DNA from: an uncultured Methanoregulaceae archaeon
GTDB taxonomy: Archaea; Halobacteriota; Methanomicrobia; Methanomicrobiales; Methanospirillaceae
Length of the DNA: 64,000 nt
Assembly: GCA_963705255.1 (NCBI GenBank)
Contig: OY970061.1
Coordinates: 2,336,001-2,400,000 of the forward strand
Direction: 5' to 3'
Each line of letters opens with the position of its first letter. Positions within the stretch are counted from its first letter, which is position 1. Under the pieces are notes generated by a model that ran no database searches, was not told the DNA's origin, and saw only the letters and a list, made by a program, of their open reading frames with translations. The position numbers were made by a program, and so were the translations under genes. Below, one piece after another: positions 20,874 through 29,779 of this stretch.

Positions 20874-21692
20874 TTATGCTCCCGCCCTGCGTTCATGCGT
20901 CCAGTTCCCTGCACCTGTGAACCCTGGGTGCGATGAGGTCTGGTTGCCGGAGCCCGCATGGTGCGGCTGGAACGAGCTTCCCTTCTGCCACCGGGTGCTG
21001 TTGCCGCCGTGCCAGCTCGTCCCGTTCGCGTTGGGATGTGCCGTATGGTACGCGGCCATCCACTGCATCACTCCATTCACGTTGCCGGAGGCGAGATCAG
21101 CCTGTACCCCGCTCACATCAACCCCTTGCTGTGCAATCTTCGTGACTCCGCTCTGGAGCCGCATCGCCAGCTGCGTGCTGTTTGCCATTATGCCCGGATG
21201 ATCCTTGTGCAGGGCCATCAGCTCCTGCATCGCGCCGGTGATGTTACCGGCGGCAAGGTCGGCCGTGGCCTGGGATACATCCACTCCCTTCTGGCTGAGG
21301 TTTGTGAGAACGGTCTGGAGACGGGCTGCCTGTGCTGTGGCATTCACCGCGTATTGCCGTGGGCTGTTTATTGCAATATCCGGGTGATCGTTATGATAGG
21401 CCATGAGCCACTGGGCAGCCGCCGTTACATTGCCCGCCGCAAGGTCAGCCTGGGCCGTGCTAGTGTCCACGCCCTGCTGGGTGAGGTTGGCAAGGACCGT
21501 CTGGAGCCGTGCCGCCTGCCGGGTGCTGTTGAATGTATGATGATAGGCGGTATTGCCCGCTGGAGTCCCTGCAGGGTCTCCTGAGGGAGAGAAGGCAGTC
21601 GCCGCGCTGACCGGGCTCATAATAAGTCCGATCACCGACACTACAATTGCAATGATGGCGACTACCCGGTAACTGGGTGTAGGTAGTTTCAT
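20874..21692 (-). CDS. Secreted protein with three helical repeats
   Basis: Signal peptide ending PVSA; three copies of RLQ...QQGVD.S..QADLAAGN......MA.H..HP. Confidence 0.8.
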   Translation of the reverse strand: MKLPTPSYRVVAIIAIVVSVIGLIMSPVSAATAFSPSGDPAGTPAGNTAYHHTFNSTRQAARLQTVLANLTQQGVDTSTAQADLAAGNVTAAAQWLMAYHNDHPDIAINSPRQYAVNATAQAARLQTVLTNLSQKGVDVSQATADLAAGNITGAMQELMALHKDHPGIMANSTQLAMRLQSGVTKIAQQGVDVSGVQADLASGNVNGVMQWMAAYHTAHPNANGTSWHGGNSTRWQKGSSFQPHHAGSGNQTSSHPGFTGAGNWTHERRAGA

Positions 21693-21878
21693 TCGTGTAT
21701 CATCTCTCTGGAAGAATTCCTGATGCGGGCTGAGTGGTGTGTACCCGCATCTTGTAAAGTATATGTTACATTTTGTAATATAAACTTTATGTTGTGTTGA
21801 ATATCACACCCATACCGGATCCTGAAGAAGGGTTTGAAGGCAGGTATGCGGATTGTGGGTCGAAACTACCCGATAGTC

Positions 21879-22064
21879 GGAATTCGCAGAACTCTGACGA
21901 GTTCTTCTCGTCCTCGAATTTCACTTCGCTCAATTCTTCGCAACTCGAAGAAATTTGAGAATTTCTTCTCTAGCTCGAATCGCACTACGTGCGATTCTTC
22001 GGAATTCGAAGAAACCTGATGGTTTCTTCTCGAATGAATCTTCTCGCTACGCTCGAAAATTCAT
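21879..22064 (-). repeat. Periodic array of six bulged hairpins (~30.5 bp period)
   Basis: Hairpins begin at about 21883, 21913, 21944, 21974, 22005 and 22035, most sharing TCGAA...TTC arms. Confidence 0.85.
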
Positions 22065-22075
22065 TTAAAAAAATT

Positions 22076-23113
22076 TTAAATGAGTTTGAAGATTGGATGG
22101 TTATCTGCCTTGACATCGATACCGAGCGGGCGCACTGCCTCAAGGACAGCGATGTCTGTATAGGCCTGTGCAGTGATCATTGCTTCTACGTTCTCAATGG
22201 GACCGTACATAATGAGGTCTGCACCAAGCGTGCTTGCGATCATGTTGCAACCGATATCGGGTGCAGACCATGCAGCCTGCTTGATACCTTCTATGCCACC
22301 AAGGTAGTGGTGGGACATCTGCTGGAGGAGGGCGTCTTTGCCCGCATATCCTGCTGCCAGTAAGGAGGGGGTTTTGCTCGTCCCCTTCCAGCGGCGGAGC
22401 CATGTCCAGGCAACGGTCATGTTGTGGTACGCTCCACCGGTCGGGTAGCCGTGGATAGCCTTACAGGCAAGGATCTCACGGTATGCACTTCCTGAACCGA
22501 GACCGAGCGGGGTCGCTGCAGTGTCGAGGATCGGGCGTTTGATACCGCACTCTTCTGCAATCTGGAGCATTCCCTTGGCCTGCCCTGCCACGCCACCCTC
22601 TACGAGCACTTTCTCCCTGCCTGCGACCGACGGGTCTGCAGGGTTGAATGCGAGGACGATGGCTGCGTCCACATCACTGTTCTTTAGTGCCTCAATGCTC
22701 TCCGGTGTGATCGAACCGTTGATTGAGTTGTAGATCGCACGGTGTGCAAGCCCGACATCAGTCACATATTTGCATGCATGGGCAAGTGCCTTCGGTACCG
22801 ATGAGTCCATCAGGAACGCGGTCTTGTTGTCGATGCTGTCAAACCAGCTGATGTATTTCTCGAACGCCTCTGGATATTCTGCGAGGATCTGGATGAAATG
22901 CGGAATTCCTACGGTATCAGAGAGTACCTGACAGCGGTTCCACAGTGCTTCTGCCTTTGCCTTGTCAATCTGTCCTGTCTTGTCATCAAGCACGACCTCA
23001 TGCTTGTTGTAGAATATTGAGGCCGCTAATACGGTCGGGTACTCACCGGGCTGTCCACCGATCTTGGTGCCGTTGAAGTCCCAGACACTCTGTTCTTTCT
23101 CGAATTTGAACAT
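22076..23113 (-). CDS. mtrH: Tetrahydromethanopterin S-methyltransferase subunit H
   Basis: MFKFEKEQ, IGGQPGEYPTVL, YNSIN, YGPIEN. Confidence 0.97.
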   Translation of the reverse strand: MFKFEKEQSVWDFNGTKIGGQPGEYPTVLAASIFYNKHEVVLDDKTGQIDKAKAEALWNRCQVLSDTVGIPHFIQILAEYPEAFEKYISWFDSIDNKTAFLMDSSVPKALAHACKYVTDVGLAHRAIYNSINGSITPESIEALKNSDVDAAIVLAFNPADPSVAGREKVLVEGGVAGQAKGMLQIAEECGIKRPILDTAATPLGLGSGSAYREILACKAIHGYPTGGAYHNMTVAWTWLRRWKGTSKTPSLLAAGYAGKDALLQQMSHHYLGGIEGIKQAAWSAPDIGCNMIASTLGADLIMYGPIENVEAMITAQAYTDIAVLEAVRPLGIDVKADNHPIFKLI

Positions 23114-23130
23114 GTTATTTTACACCTCCA

Positions 23131-23865
23131 TTACACCATTGTCATCAATTTCTGGTACAAAAACAGCAGCATCACAAATACGATAACGCCTGCCATGAGG
23201 CCGTACAGTATGCCGATATCCCGACCAATCTTTCGTCCAACACGCTGTGCAACCTCTGCATCCACGAACTCGATCTTCTTCTCGATCTTGTCGAGTTTCT
23301 TCTCGAGTTCGAGGAACTGCGGGTTTGCAGCTGCAGAGGCAGCTTCAGCGCCACCTGCTTCCTTGACTTCAACGACGATGGGGTCAGCAGCGAACGCGCC
23401 CGGGTCACGGGCCTTGAGTTCGTTGATCTTCGCCTTGATGGCGCCCAGGTCTTCGCTTTCCATGATATTGACGACTTCCGTCTGTTCCTGGAAACGCTTG
23501 ATATGGACGTCCGTGAGGTTTTCGATGAAGGGAATAGCACCTTCAGCGCCGACGACCCTGCCTTCCTTGACACCGTTCTTGTGGAGTGCCCCGAAGGTCT
23601 GGCCAGAGAGGTGGCCCTTGACTTCCGTACCGCAGAACAGGACGAACCTGATGTTGGGGTTGGAGATAACGTTGGCGATGACTTTCTCGAGGCCGAGGTT
23701 TTCCGTCTTACAGGAACCGCAGAGAGCGGCGCCTGCATCGCAGAGGCCCTTTTCGTCGAGGTGAGATCCCATGGTGACAACAGCCACGGGGCTGTTGGCG
23801 TCACCGGAGATAAAGTCACCCTTGATGAGCGGCCATCCGCTTGCTGGTGATTTCTTGTCTGCCAT
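23131..23865 (-). CDS. mtrA: MtrA-MtrG fusion protein
   Basis: MtrA core ([15 protein letters not shown]) fused to MtrG-type [11 protein letters not shown]...[16 protein letters not shown]. Confidence 0.93.
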   Translation of the reverse strand: MADKKSPASGWPLIKGDFISGDANSPVAVVTMGSHLDEKGLCDAGAALCGSCKTENLGLEKVIANVISNPNIRFVLFCGTEVKGHLSGQTFGALHKNGVKEGRVVGAEGAIPFIENLTDVHIKRFQEQTEVVNIMESEDLGAIKAKINELKARDPGAFAADPIVVEVKEAGGAEAASAAANPQFLELEKKLDKIEKKIEFVDAEVAQRVGRKIGRDIGILYGLMAGVIVFVMLLFLYQKLMTMV

Positions 23866-23875
23866 TTCTTTCACC

Positions 23876-24079
23876 TCATCCCACCAGTAATGCAGGCAGC
23901 ACGATCAGGATCAATGCAACGAGCAACCCTGCCATAAAGCCGATCAGACCGGATGCAGTGACTGCTGAGTCAATCTTGTTGGTCCTTGCCAGGATCTGCG
24001 ACTTGTAGCGGATATTCTCCACCATGTTTTCGATCGCCACCATCCTGACGGGTCCTGTTGATTTTGCTTCTTCTGCCAT
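23876..24079 (-). CDS. mtrF: Mtr subunit F
   Basis: [13 protein letters not shown] plus C-terminal TM. Confidence 0.92.
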   Translation of the reverse strand: MAEEAKSTGPVRMVAIENMVENIRYKSQILARTNKIDSAVTASGLIGFMAGLLVALILIVLPALLVG

Positions 24080-24085
24080 CTCATC

Positions 24086-24808
24086 TCACCTCAACATCAG
24101 GAATCCGACCAGGGCAAACGAGATGATCAGACCGATCATCAGGCCTTCGATCTTACCTGCATAGACCCCGGCGGCAAACTTGTCCCGGTATCCGATATCC
24201 GTGACCATCTTTTCGATGACTTTGATGCGGGCAGTGATGAGTGCCATCTCGCCTGAGAGCGGACGGACTTCGCCGCCTGCTTCTTCAGCGCCACCTCCGG
24301 CTTCCTTGACCTCGACGACGACGGGATCGCCGGCGAACGCACCCGGGTCGCGGGCCTTGAGTTCGTTCATCTTCGCCTTGATGACGCCCAGGTCTTCGCT
24401 TTCCATGATATTGACGACTTCCGTCTGTTCCTGGAAACGCTTGATATGGGCTTCAGTGAGGTTTTCGATGAAGGGAATAGCACCTTCAGCGCCGACGACC
24501 CTGCCTTCCTTGACACCGTTCTTGTGGAGTGCCCCGAAGGTCTGGCCAGAGAGGTGGCCCTTGACTTCCGTACCGCAGAACAGAACGAACCGGATGTTGG
24601 GGTTGGAGATAACGTTGGCGATGACTTTCTCGAGGCCGAGGTTTTCCGTCTTACAGGAACCGCAGAGAGCGGCGCCTGCATCGCAGAGGCCCTTTTCGTC
24701 GAGGTGAGATCCCATGGTGACAACAGCCACGGGGCTGTTGGCGTCACCGGAGATAAAGTCACCCTTGATGAGCGGCCATCCGCTTGCTGGTGATTTCTTG
24801 TCTGCCAT
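24086..24808 (-). CDS. mtrA: Mtr subunit A
   Basis: Cobamide-binding core, [20 protein letters not shown]. Confidence 0.97.
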   Translation of the reverse strand: MADKKSPASGWPLIKGDFISGDANSPVAVVTMGSHLDEKGLCDAGAALCGSCKTENLGLEKVIANVISNPNIRFVLFCGTEVKGHLSGQTFGALHKNGVKEGRVVGAEGAIPFIENLTEAHIKRFQEQTEVVNIMESEDLGVIKAKMNELKARDPGAFAGDPVVVEVKEAGGGAEEAGGEVRPLSGEMALITARIKVIEKMVTDIGYRDKFAAGVYAGKIEGLMIGLIISFALVGFLMLR

Positions 24809-24810
24809 AG

Positions 24811-25104
24811 TTAGCCCACCTTGATCAGCTGGAATGCAATGATTCCTGCAATGAATAGTCCAACGGCAAGCCCGTACCAGAACGACGTGATGGTGCCACC
24901 GATCTTCAGCCCGTGATCCCTGTTGGGGAACGACGCGAGGAAATTGCCTTCTCCCGAGAGCATGTTGACGAGATCGTCACTGGTTGCTTCAATGACTGCG
25001 ACCTTCTCGATGACGGGTGAGAGCGATTCCCCGGCTGATGTCACGAGACCGACTATCGGGTCTGCGACAAGCCCGAATTCCGGGAGTACCTGAATGTATG
25101 CCAT
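24811..25104 (-). CDS. mtrB: Mtr subunit B
   Basis: [19 protein letters not shown]. Confidence 0.94.
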   Translation of the reverse strand: MAYIQVLPEFGLVADPIVGLVTSAGESLSPVIEKVAVIEATSDDLVNMLSGEGNFLASFPNRDHGLKIGGTITSFWYGLAVGLFIAGIIAFQLIKVG

Positions 25105-25105
25105 G

Positions 25106-25954
25106 TCAGTGTCCCTCCACTTCAGGAATCGGTTTTGCATCGAGCCATGCAGCGGCGTCGCGCTTCGATAATATCATGTACTCCTTATACGTGTACGCCC
25201 AGCCGATGAGTGCAATGATCAGCGAAATGATAGCTGAACCGGCACTGATCAGGGCAAAGGACATGATTGCGGCAACGGCCATGCTCAGGAAACCGCATTC
25301 CGCGGTGAGCATGAGCATGCGGTCCTGTTTCCAGCCGGGCCCGAGCGTTGCGTTGAACGGGTGCTGGATTGCGATCGCACCGAGCAGGAAGGCTACGGCG
25401 ATCAGGCAGCCGCCAAGGAATGACTGCTGGTTGGTGAGCAGGGTCTGTCCGAGAACAGATACTGTTCCGGTCGTCAGTCCGGCAAAGGTGAATCCACCGG
25501 TGATGAGCGCTGCAAATCCCATAAGGGTGAGTGCACCAACGACTGCCATCTCCGTGAGTGCCTGGACCATTGCCGGGATCCTCATGTTCAGGATGTTGTT
25601 TGCCGTATACCCGAGGATGAACCCGATGACGGCCGCAAGGACCAATGCTACGACTGGAGCGAGGTTACCGAACTTGGTTGCCAGCAGCATTGCCATCACA
25701 CCCGAACCGAATGCGATCATACCTGCGGACGGCACACCGGTACCGATACCATAGCTGCAGAGCACCTTGATGGTGTGGCTGCCCCAGATCAATGCTGCAA
25801 CCACGGCAAGTCCACCGAAGAACGAGAACATCTCGGTGTTGGTGAGTACATTGAGGTACGTAAGGTAGAGACACACGAGGGTGCTCACGAGGCCCGCGAT
25901 CAGGATCTTATTGTGCGGAACGCCCCCTTCAATTACTTCAACTTTTACTGTCAT
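25106..25954 (-). CDS. mtrC: Mtr subunit C
   Basis: SYGIGTGVPS, QHPFNATLGP. Confidence 0.96.
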   Translation of the reverse strand: MTVKVEVIEGGVPHNKILIAGLVSTLVCLYLTYLNVLTNTEMFSFFGGLAVVAALIWGSHTIKVLCSYGIGTGVPSAGMIAFGSGVMAMLLATKFGNLAPVVALVLAAVIGFILGYTANNILNMRIPAMVQALTEMAVVGALTLMGFAALITGGFTFAGLTTGTVSVLGQTLLTNQQSFLGGCLIAVAFLLGAIAIQHPFNATLGPGWKQDRMLMLTAECGFLSMAVAAIMSFALISAGSAIISLIIALIGWAYTYKEYMILSKRDAAAWLDAKPIPEVEGH

Positions 25955-25964
25955 CTTCAACACC

Positions 25965-26804
25965 TCACCATGCAACGATCAGGACCGCCACGAGACCGCA
26001 TAGCGCGGATGCTACGGCGGATGCAACGATCGCCCGTGGCCAGCGCTTGAATTTCGGGTCGTGGGGACCTTCGATGGTTCCCGTGATATTGTAAGCGGTG
26101 AGAACCGCGTTCACAAGGAATAAGCCCACGGCAAATATCCCTGCCATCGATACGGCGATAGGGGTCACCTGGGCTGCAGTCACGGTCATGACACCGGGGA
26201 GCGTTGCCTTGTAGAGATTGAGGAGCTCGAGGTAAATGAGTGTACCGCCGGCACCTCCGAGGATACCTCCTGTAACGCCGCCGACGAATGAGACGAAGGG
26301 AAGGCCGTGACCTTCGGTACCCTGGGACTTGTACTCTGCCTGGGTGTCACCGGTGATCGGGTCCCTGGCAACCTTACCGGATGCTGAAGGGATACCCATG
26401 CCGAAGACGTAGACAAAGTTCACCATCATACAGGTGATGGCCATCATGAGGTCGCCGCCGACTCCGCCGGATATGATCACAACGGCCATACCCTGGCCCG
26501 AGGCAGCTGCCCATGCGCCACCAAAGAGACCGGCGAGGCCGGCACCGGCTGCGAGCATCGCGACACCGGTCGCAATACCGGGGGCCTGTCCCATAGCTGC
26601 GGGAGCACCGCCGACCGGGACGAAGTGGGTGCCGAAACCGATCAGGACACCACCGATGACTACACCGACGAGTGCCATAAGGCCCATGCCCGGCGATACG
26701 TACCAGCAGATTGCGAGCAGGATGATGAGCAGGACAACGCCGACGCCCATTGCGGTCGGGTTCATTGCTGCACCTGCCTGGGGTTTTGCTGCTACTGCGG
26801 TCAT
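25965..26804 (-). CDS. mtrD: Mtr subunit D
   Basis: HFVPVGGAPAAM, GTEGHGLP, GTIEGPHDPKFK. Confidence 0.96.
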   Translation of the reverse strand: MTAVAAKPQAGAAMNPTAMGVGVVLLIILLAICWYVSPGMGLMALVGVVIGGVLIGFGTHFVPVGGAPAAMGQAPGIATGVAMLAAGAGLAGLFGGAWAAASGQGMAVVIISGGVGGDLMMAITCMMVNFVYVFGMGIPSASGKVARDPITGDTQAEYKSQGTEGHGLPFVSFVGGVTGGILGGAGGTLIYLELLNLYKATLPGVMTVTAAQVTPIAVSMAGIFAVGLFLVNAVLTAYNITGTIEGPHDPKFKRWPRAIVASAVASALCGLVAVLIVAW

Positions 26805-27700
26805 GCTGATGCCTCCTTGGCCTCAGTGTATGGTCCGTAGTTCCTGCGGGCCCAGACCTCGATGTACCGGTCTACGACCGTGAAGATGAGGATGATCAGG
26901 ATACCGGCGATGATTGCACCCCACCCGGCGCTGACCTGCTCGAAGAGGACAGTTCGCCAGAGTTCAAGGAAGACAATCAGACCGAAACAGACACCGGATG
27001 CGGAACCGCCGATCTTGGTGGTGAACCAGCCGTTGTCAATCGAGTTGCGCTCGCCTGCTTCGGCATAGCGGACGATGTTACCGGACGCCGAGATCGGGAC
27101 ACCTGCACCGAACTTCTGGTTCTGGTACTGGCGTTCCTTCCCGTAGTACGGGTTGCCTGTCGCAGATCCCGCTGCACCGAGAGCGATACCCCAGACCAGA
27201 CCGAGCAGCGGCAGCGGGAACGGGTGTCCCAGTGCGCTGTTCATCAAGTGACAGAGTGTAACGGTAGCGAAAATTGCGATAAAGGCATGTGCCATGGTAA
27301 CCGTCGTCATGGACTTGAGGATGTCCACGTAGATCGGCTGCCCGAACTTGGCGAGACTTGCCGTCCTGCCCAGGTATGCTGTGGTAGCATAGACGCCCTG
27401 TACCAATACTGCGAGTACAGAGCCCAGGACGATAGCAAGGACCGCGTTCATCTGCATCGCCATGAATGCCCATGCCAGGCCTGCGCCCAGGCAGCACCAG
27501 AGACCGTATGCCGGGGGTTCACCAGCAACCGCCTTGTTAAAGATGCGGTGCAGGAATCCCATCTGCGGCGCGAGCTGAACCTGTGAGTTCGGGTCACCCT
27601 GGGACCCGATGTTGGATTCAGTATCTTCCGCAGCACCGGCTACAGTGGCAAGAGCTCCAGCCAATGCAGTAATTCCAATGCCAAATACAATATGTTCCAT
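26801..27700 (-). CDS. mtrE: Mtr subunit E
   Basis: EDTESNIGSQGDPNSQVQLAPQM. Confidence 0.97.
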   Translation of the reverse strand: MEHIVFGIGITALAGALATVAGAAEDTESNIGSQGDPNSQVQLAPQMGFLHRIFNKAVAGEPPAYGLWCCLGAGLAWAFMAMQMNAVLAIVLGSVLAVLVQGVYATTAYLGRTASLAKFGQPIYVDILKSMTTVTMAHAFIAIFATVTLCHLMNSALGHPFPLPLLGLVWGIALGAAGSATGNPYYGKERQYQNQKFGAGVPISASGNIVRYAEAGERNSIDNGWFTTKIGGSASGVCFGLIVFLELWRTVLFEQVSAGWGAIIAGILIILIFTVVDRYIEVWARRNYGPYTEAKEASA

Positions 27701-27803
27701 TTAGCCTCCTCCCTACGTGCGAATGCACGAGAGTATTCAAAATGCAATGCCACGCACAACGAGTAGATACTCTTTGTGGTTAGTGTAAAATTGGCGACCG
27801 CCC

Positions 27804-27818
27804 GATTAAAAGGTTTCG
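27804..27818 (-). promoter_or_regulatory. Probable BRE/TATA of mtr operon
   Basis: Minus strand CGAAACCTTTTAATC ~105 bp upstream of mtrE. Confidence 0.5.
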
Positions 27819-28043
27819 AATTTATTTCGGCGATAGAAGAGTATATTAAGCCCGAATTAAAAATTAGGCGCCGTTTTGGGATTTTTTAATCATGTGGATT
27901 TGTGTTAAGGAAAATTAAGTTGTGTTGGAGTCAATAGGGGTTGCGTTATCGACGGAAGGTGTCAGGTGATTGAAAATCCTGAAAAAACAGGCCGGGAAGA
28001 GGGGGTGTAGGACCTCTCCTCCCGGGCAAAACCTTGGGGGCTA

Positions 28044-28279
28044 GTCGAAGAACTCCGTTCACTCGAAGGCCCTCTGCCTTCTCATGTCTCGGGCCCGACA
28101 TCCCTCAACAGGTCGAAGAACTGCGTTCTTCTCCTGCTTCGGGTCTGATGACCCTCAGCATTCTCCAGCCTCACCCTTTCAGGGTTCGGCTCAGGCCAGC
28201 GCCGTCACCCCGTCCGCCCAGGTTTCGATCCGTGTGCGGATCGCGTCGTCCTCGTAAGACGAGATGGTCACCTGCTGGC
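28044..28279 (-). repeat. Cluster of TC/TC-bulged hairpins of the same palindrome family
   Basis: CAGGTCGAAGAAC-TGC-GTTCTTCTCCTG, GCTTCGGGTC-TGAT-GACCCTCAGC, GCCTCACCCT-TTC-AGGGTTCGGC, CGATCCG-TGTG-CGGATCG. Confidence 0.75.
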
Positions 28280-28301
28280 GGGATCTCTCAATTTGAATTC
28301 T

Positions 28302-28510
28302 CCTCAATATCAGATTGAACGATAGATTCCGATGAGGTTAGAAAGAAGATCCTCTCAATTCCTTATTCGGAATGGAAAAAACATGGATTCTCCAAAGGTG
28401 GCTCAAATTATATGAAGAAGAATGTGGAGAGTGATAAGTCGTTTACTCTAAATAAGCATGTCAGGGTGCGGTTGGATCAGTGGAATGAGGGTGTAAAAAC
28501 TCAAACATAA
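28302..28510 (+). pseudogene. cas1: C-terminal fragment of a Cas1-solo (casposase)
   Basis: Manual translation PQYQIE(R)/IDSDEVRKKILSIPYSEWKKHGFSKGGSNYMKKNVESDKSFTLNKHVRVRLDQW resembles the C-terminal HTH extension of methanogen casposases; no start, no catalytic domain. Confidence 0.75.
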
Positions 28511-28615
28511 TGGCTAATATCGGGTTCGCAAATTGAGAGAGGAGTGTCGGCGGGCTAACGAGAAAAATAATATCGAAGAAAAAGTCTTTCATCGATTAAA
28601 ACCTTTTTTATCGTA

Positions 28616-29641
28616 ATGGTAATTAGAAAGAACATCAAGAAATTTCGGGAGTCTATCAATAAATTTGATATAAAAAGGCTGAAATTAGGGAGAAGGAAAG
28701 ATGGAAAAAATGGGGCTGCCCTTTCCGCGTCTCCTAATAGCAATAGAGAAACGACAGACGATGGTATTTTTTTATTTTTTCGAGAAAATGCTGATATTTT
28801 AGCCGCTATTGGTCTAATCGGGACAATGATATCGCTGATGCCTTCATTTCTTGAAAAACTTAATGACGATGTTTGGTTAGGAACATTTTCTAGTTTTCAA
28901 ATAACTTCTTTATTCTTATCAATAGTTGCGGGTATTATCTTCATTTTTTTACTTTTTTTAACCATTTGGGACAAATATTATCAAGCAAATGTCGAATTAC
29001 CGTTCGCGATTCTTCTTTTATTTTTTAGTATTTTTTTGATAGCCTTTTTACTTTTAATTTATTCAGCGATCCTGAAATATTTGTATGTTCAAGTTCTCCT
29101 TTTGGTAATCTACAGTTTCTTGGCGTATTTTTTAATATGTAATCTTAAAAACGAGACGAAAAAATCTAAAATTTTTTCAGTATTAGTGATTATTTTTTTA
29201 GTCATTTTGATTCTAATTAGCAGTATTGCTGGTTCGATTACAGTGTTTTCTATTGGAGTTGCGATCCCAGATTCAAACAATACAAAAATTCAAGCGGACG
29301 TGAATTATTATTCCCCGTTAATTCCTCAAACATATGGAATAGGGTTTTCACCGACTACGAACAAAAAAATATCTTTTAATAATTATAACATAACTTGGAC
29401 GACTGATTTTGGATATTTTTTCATTTTCGACGCAAATTATGACAGAATTAAATATTTAGGAAATTCTACAATAAATCATGGTCAAGTAGTTTATTGGACT
29501 TATGATAAAGAAAAAATTGGGCAAAATAAACCCGTAGTTAACGTATCAATGATAATAAAAAATCAATCCAATGAAACTTTGACAACATCATTCTTACAAA
29601 TAAATTGGTCTAATATTGATATGGCGCATGTAATTACATGA
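28616..29641 (+). CDS. AT-rich multi-pass membrane protein, hypothetical (cargo)
   Basis: 341-aa ORF, ~5 hydrophobic segments plus an Asn-rich soluble domain; visibly much more AT-rich than flanks. Confidence 0.75.
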   Translation: MVIRKNIKKFRESINKFDIKRLKLGRRKDGKNGAALSASPNSNRETTDDGIFLFFRENADILAAIGLIGTMISLMPSFLEKLNDDVWLGTFSSFQITSLFLSIVAGIIFIFLLFLTIWDKYYQANVELPFAILLLFFSIFLIAFLLLIYSAILKYLYVQVLLLVIYSFLAYFLICNLKNETKKSKIFSVLVIIFLVILILISSIAGSITVFSIGVAIPDSNNTKIQADVNYYSPLIPQTYGIGFSPTTNKKISFNNYNITWTTDFGYFFIFDANYDRIKYLGNSTINHGQVVYWTYDKEKIGQNKPVVNVSMIIKNQSNETLTTSFLQINWSNIDMAHVIT

Positions 29642-29748
29642 TACCATTTTCTTTTTTACTTTGATACTTTTGCAGAACAGTGATATCAATCGCGATGTAG
29701 AATGTGACGTGTGGCATTTTGCAGATACCTATAACCCCCCTTAGTTAA

Positions 29749-29772
29749 TGCGAGGGTTATGATTCGAACCTC
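29749..29772 (-). other. Degenerate tRNA (Leu-like) 3' fragment / attachment-site relic
   Basis: Minus strand GAGGTTCGAATCATAACCCTCGCA has the T-loop motif and acceptor 3' strand; no 5' half. Confidence 0.55.
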
Positions 29773-29779
29773 CAGATTT

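Larger units (their letters stand above)
28302..29738 (+). mobile_element. Casposon remnant (right arm)
   Basis: cas1 tail, AT-rich cargo gene, TIR-like 29708-29738, then target-like CCTTAGTTAATGCG and a tRNA 3' fragment. Confidence 0.65.

Noticed and set aside
21879-22064. CRISPR array
   Set aside because: No identical repeats separated by unique spacers; the variable parts are self-complementary stems and the period is only ~30 bp
27998-28020. Left casposon TIR (GGGGGTGTAGGA)
   Set aside because: Only a short partial match to the right end and no adjacent copy of the target sequence
28030-28290. SRP RNA or RNase P RNA
   Set aside because: The conserved SRP helix 8 and RNase P P4 motifs were not found on either strand
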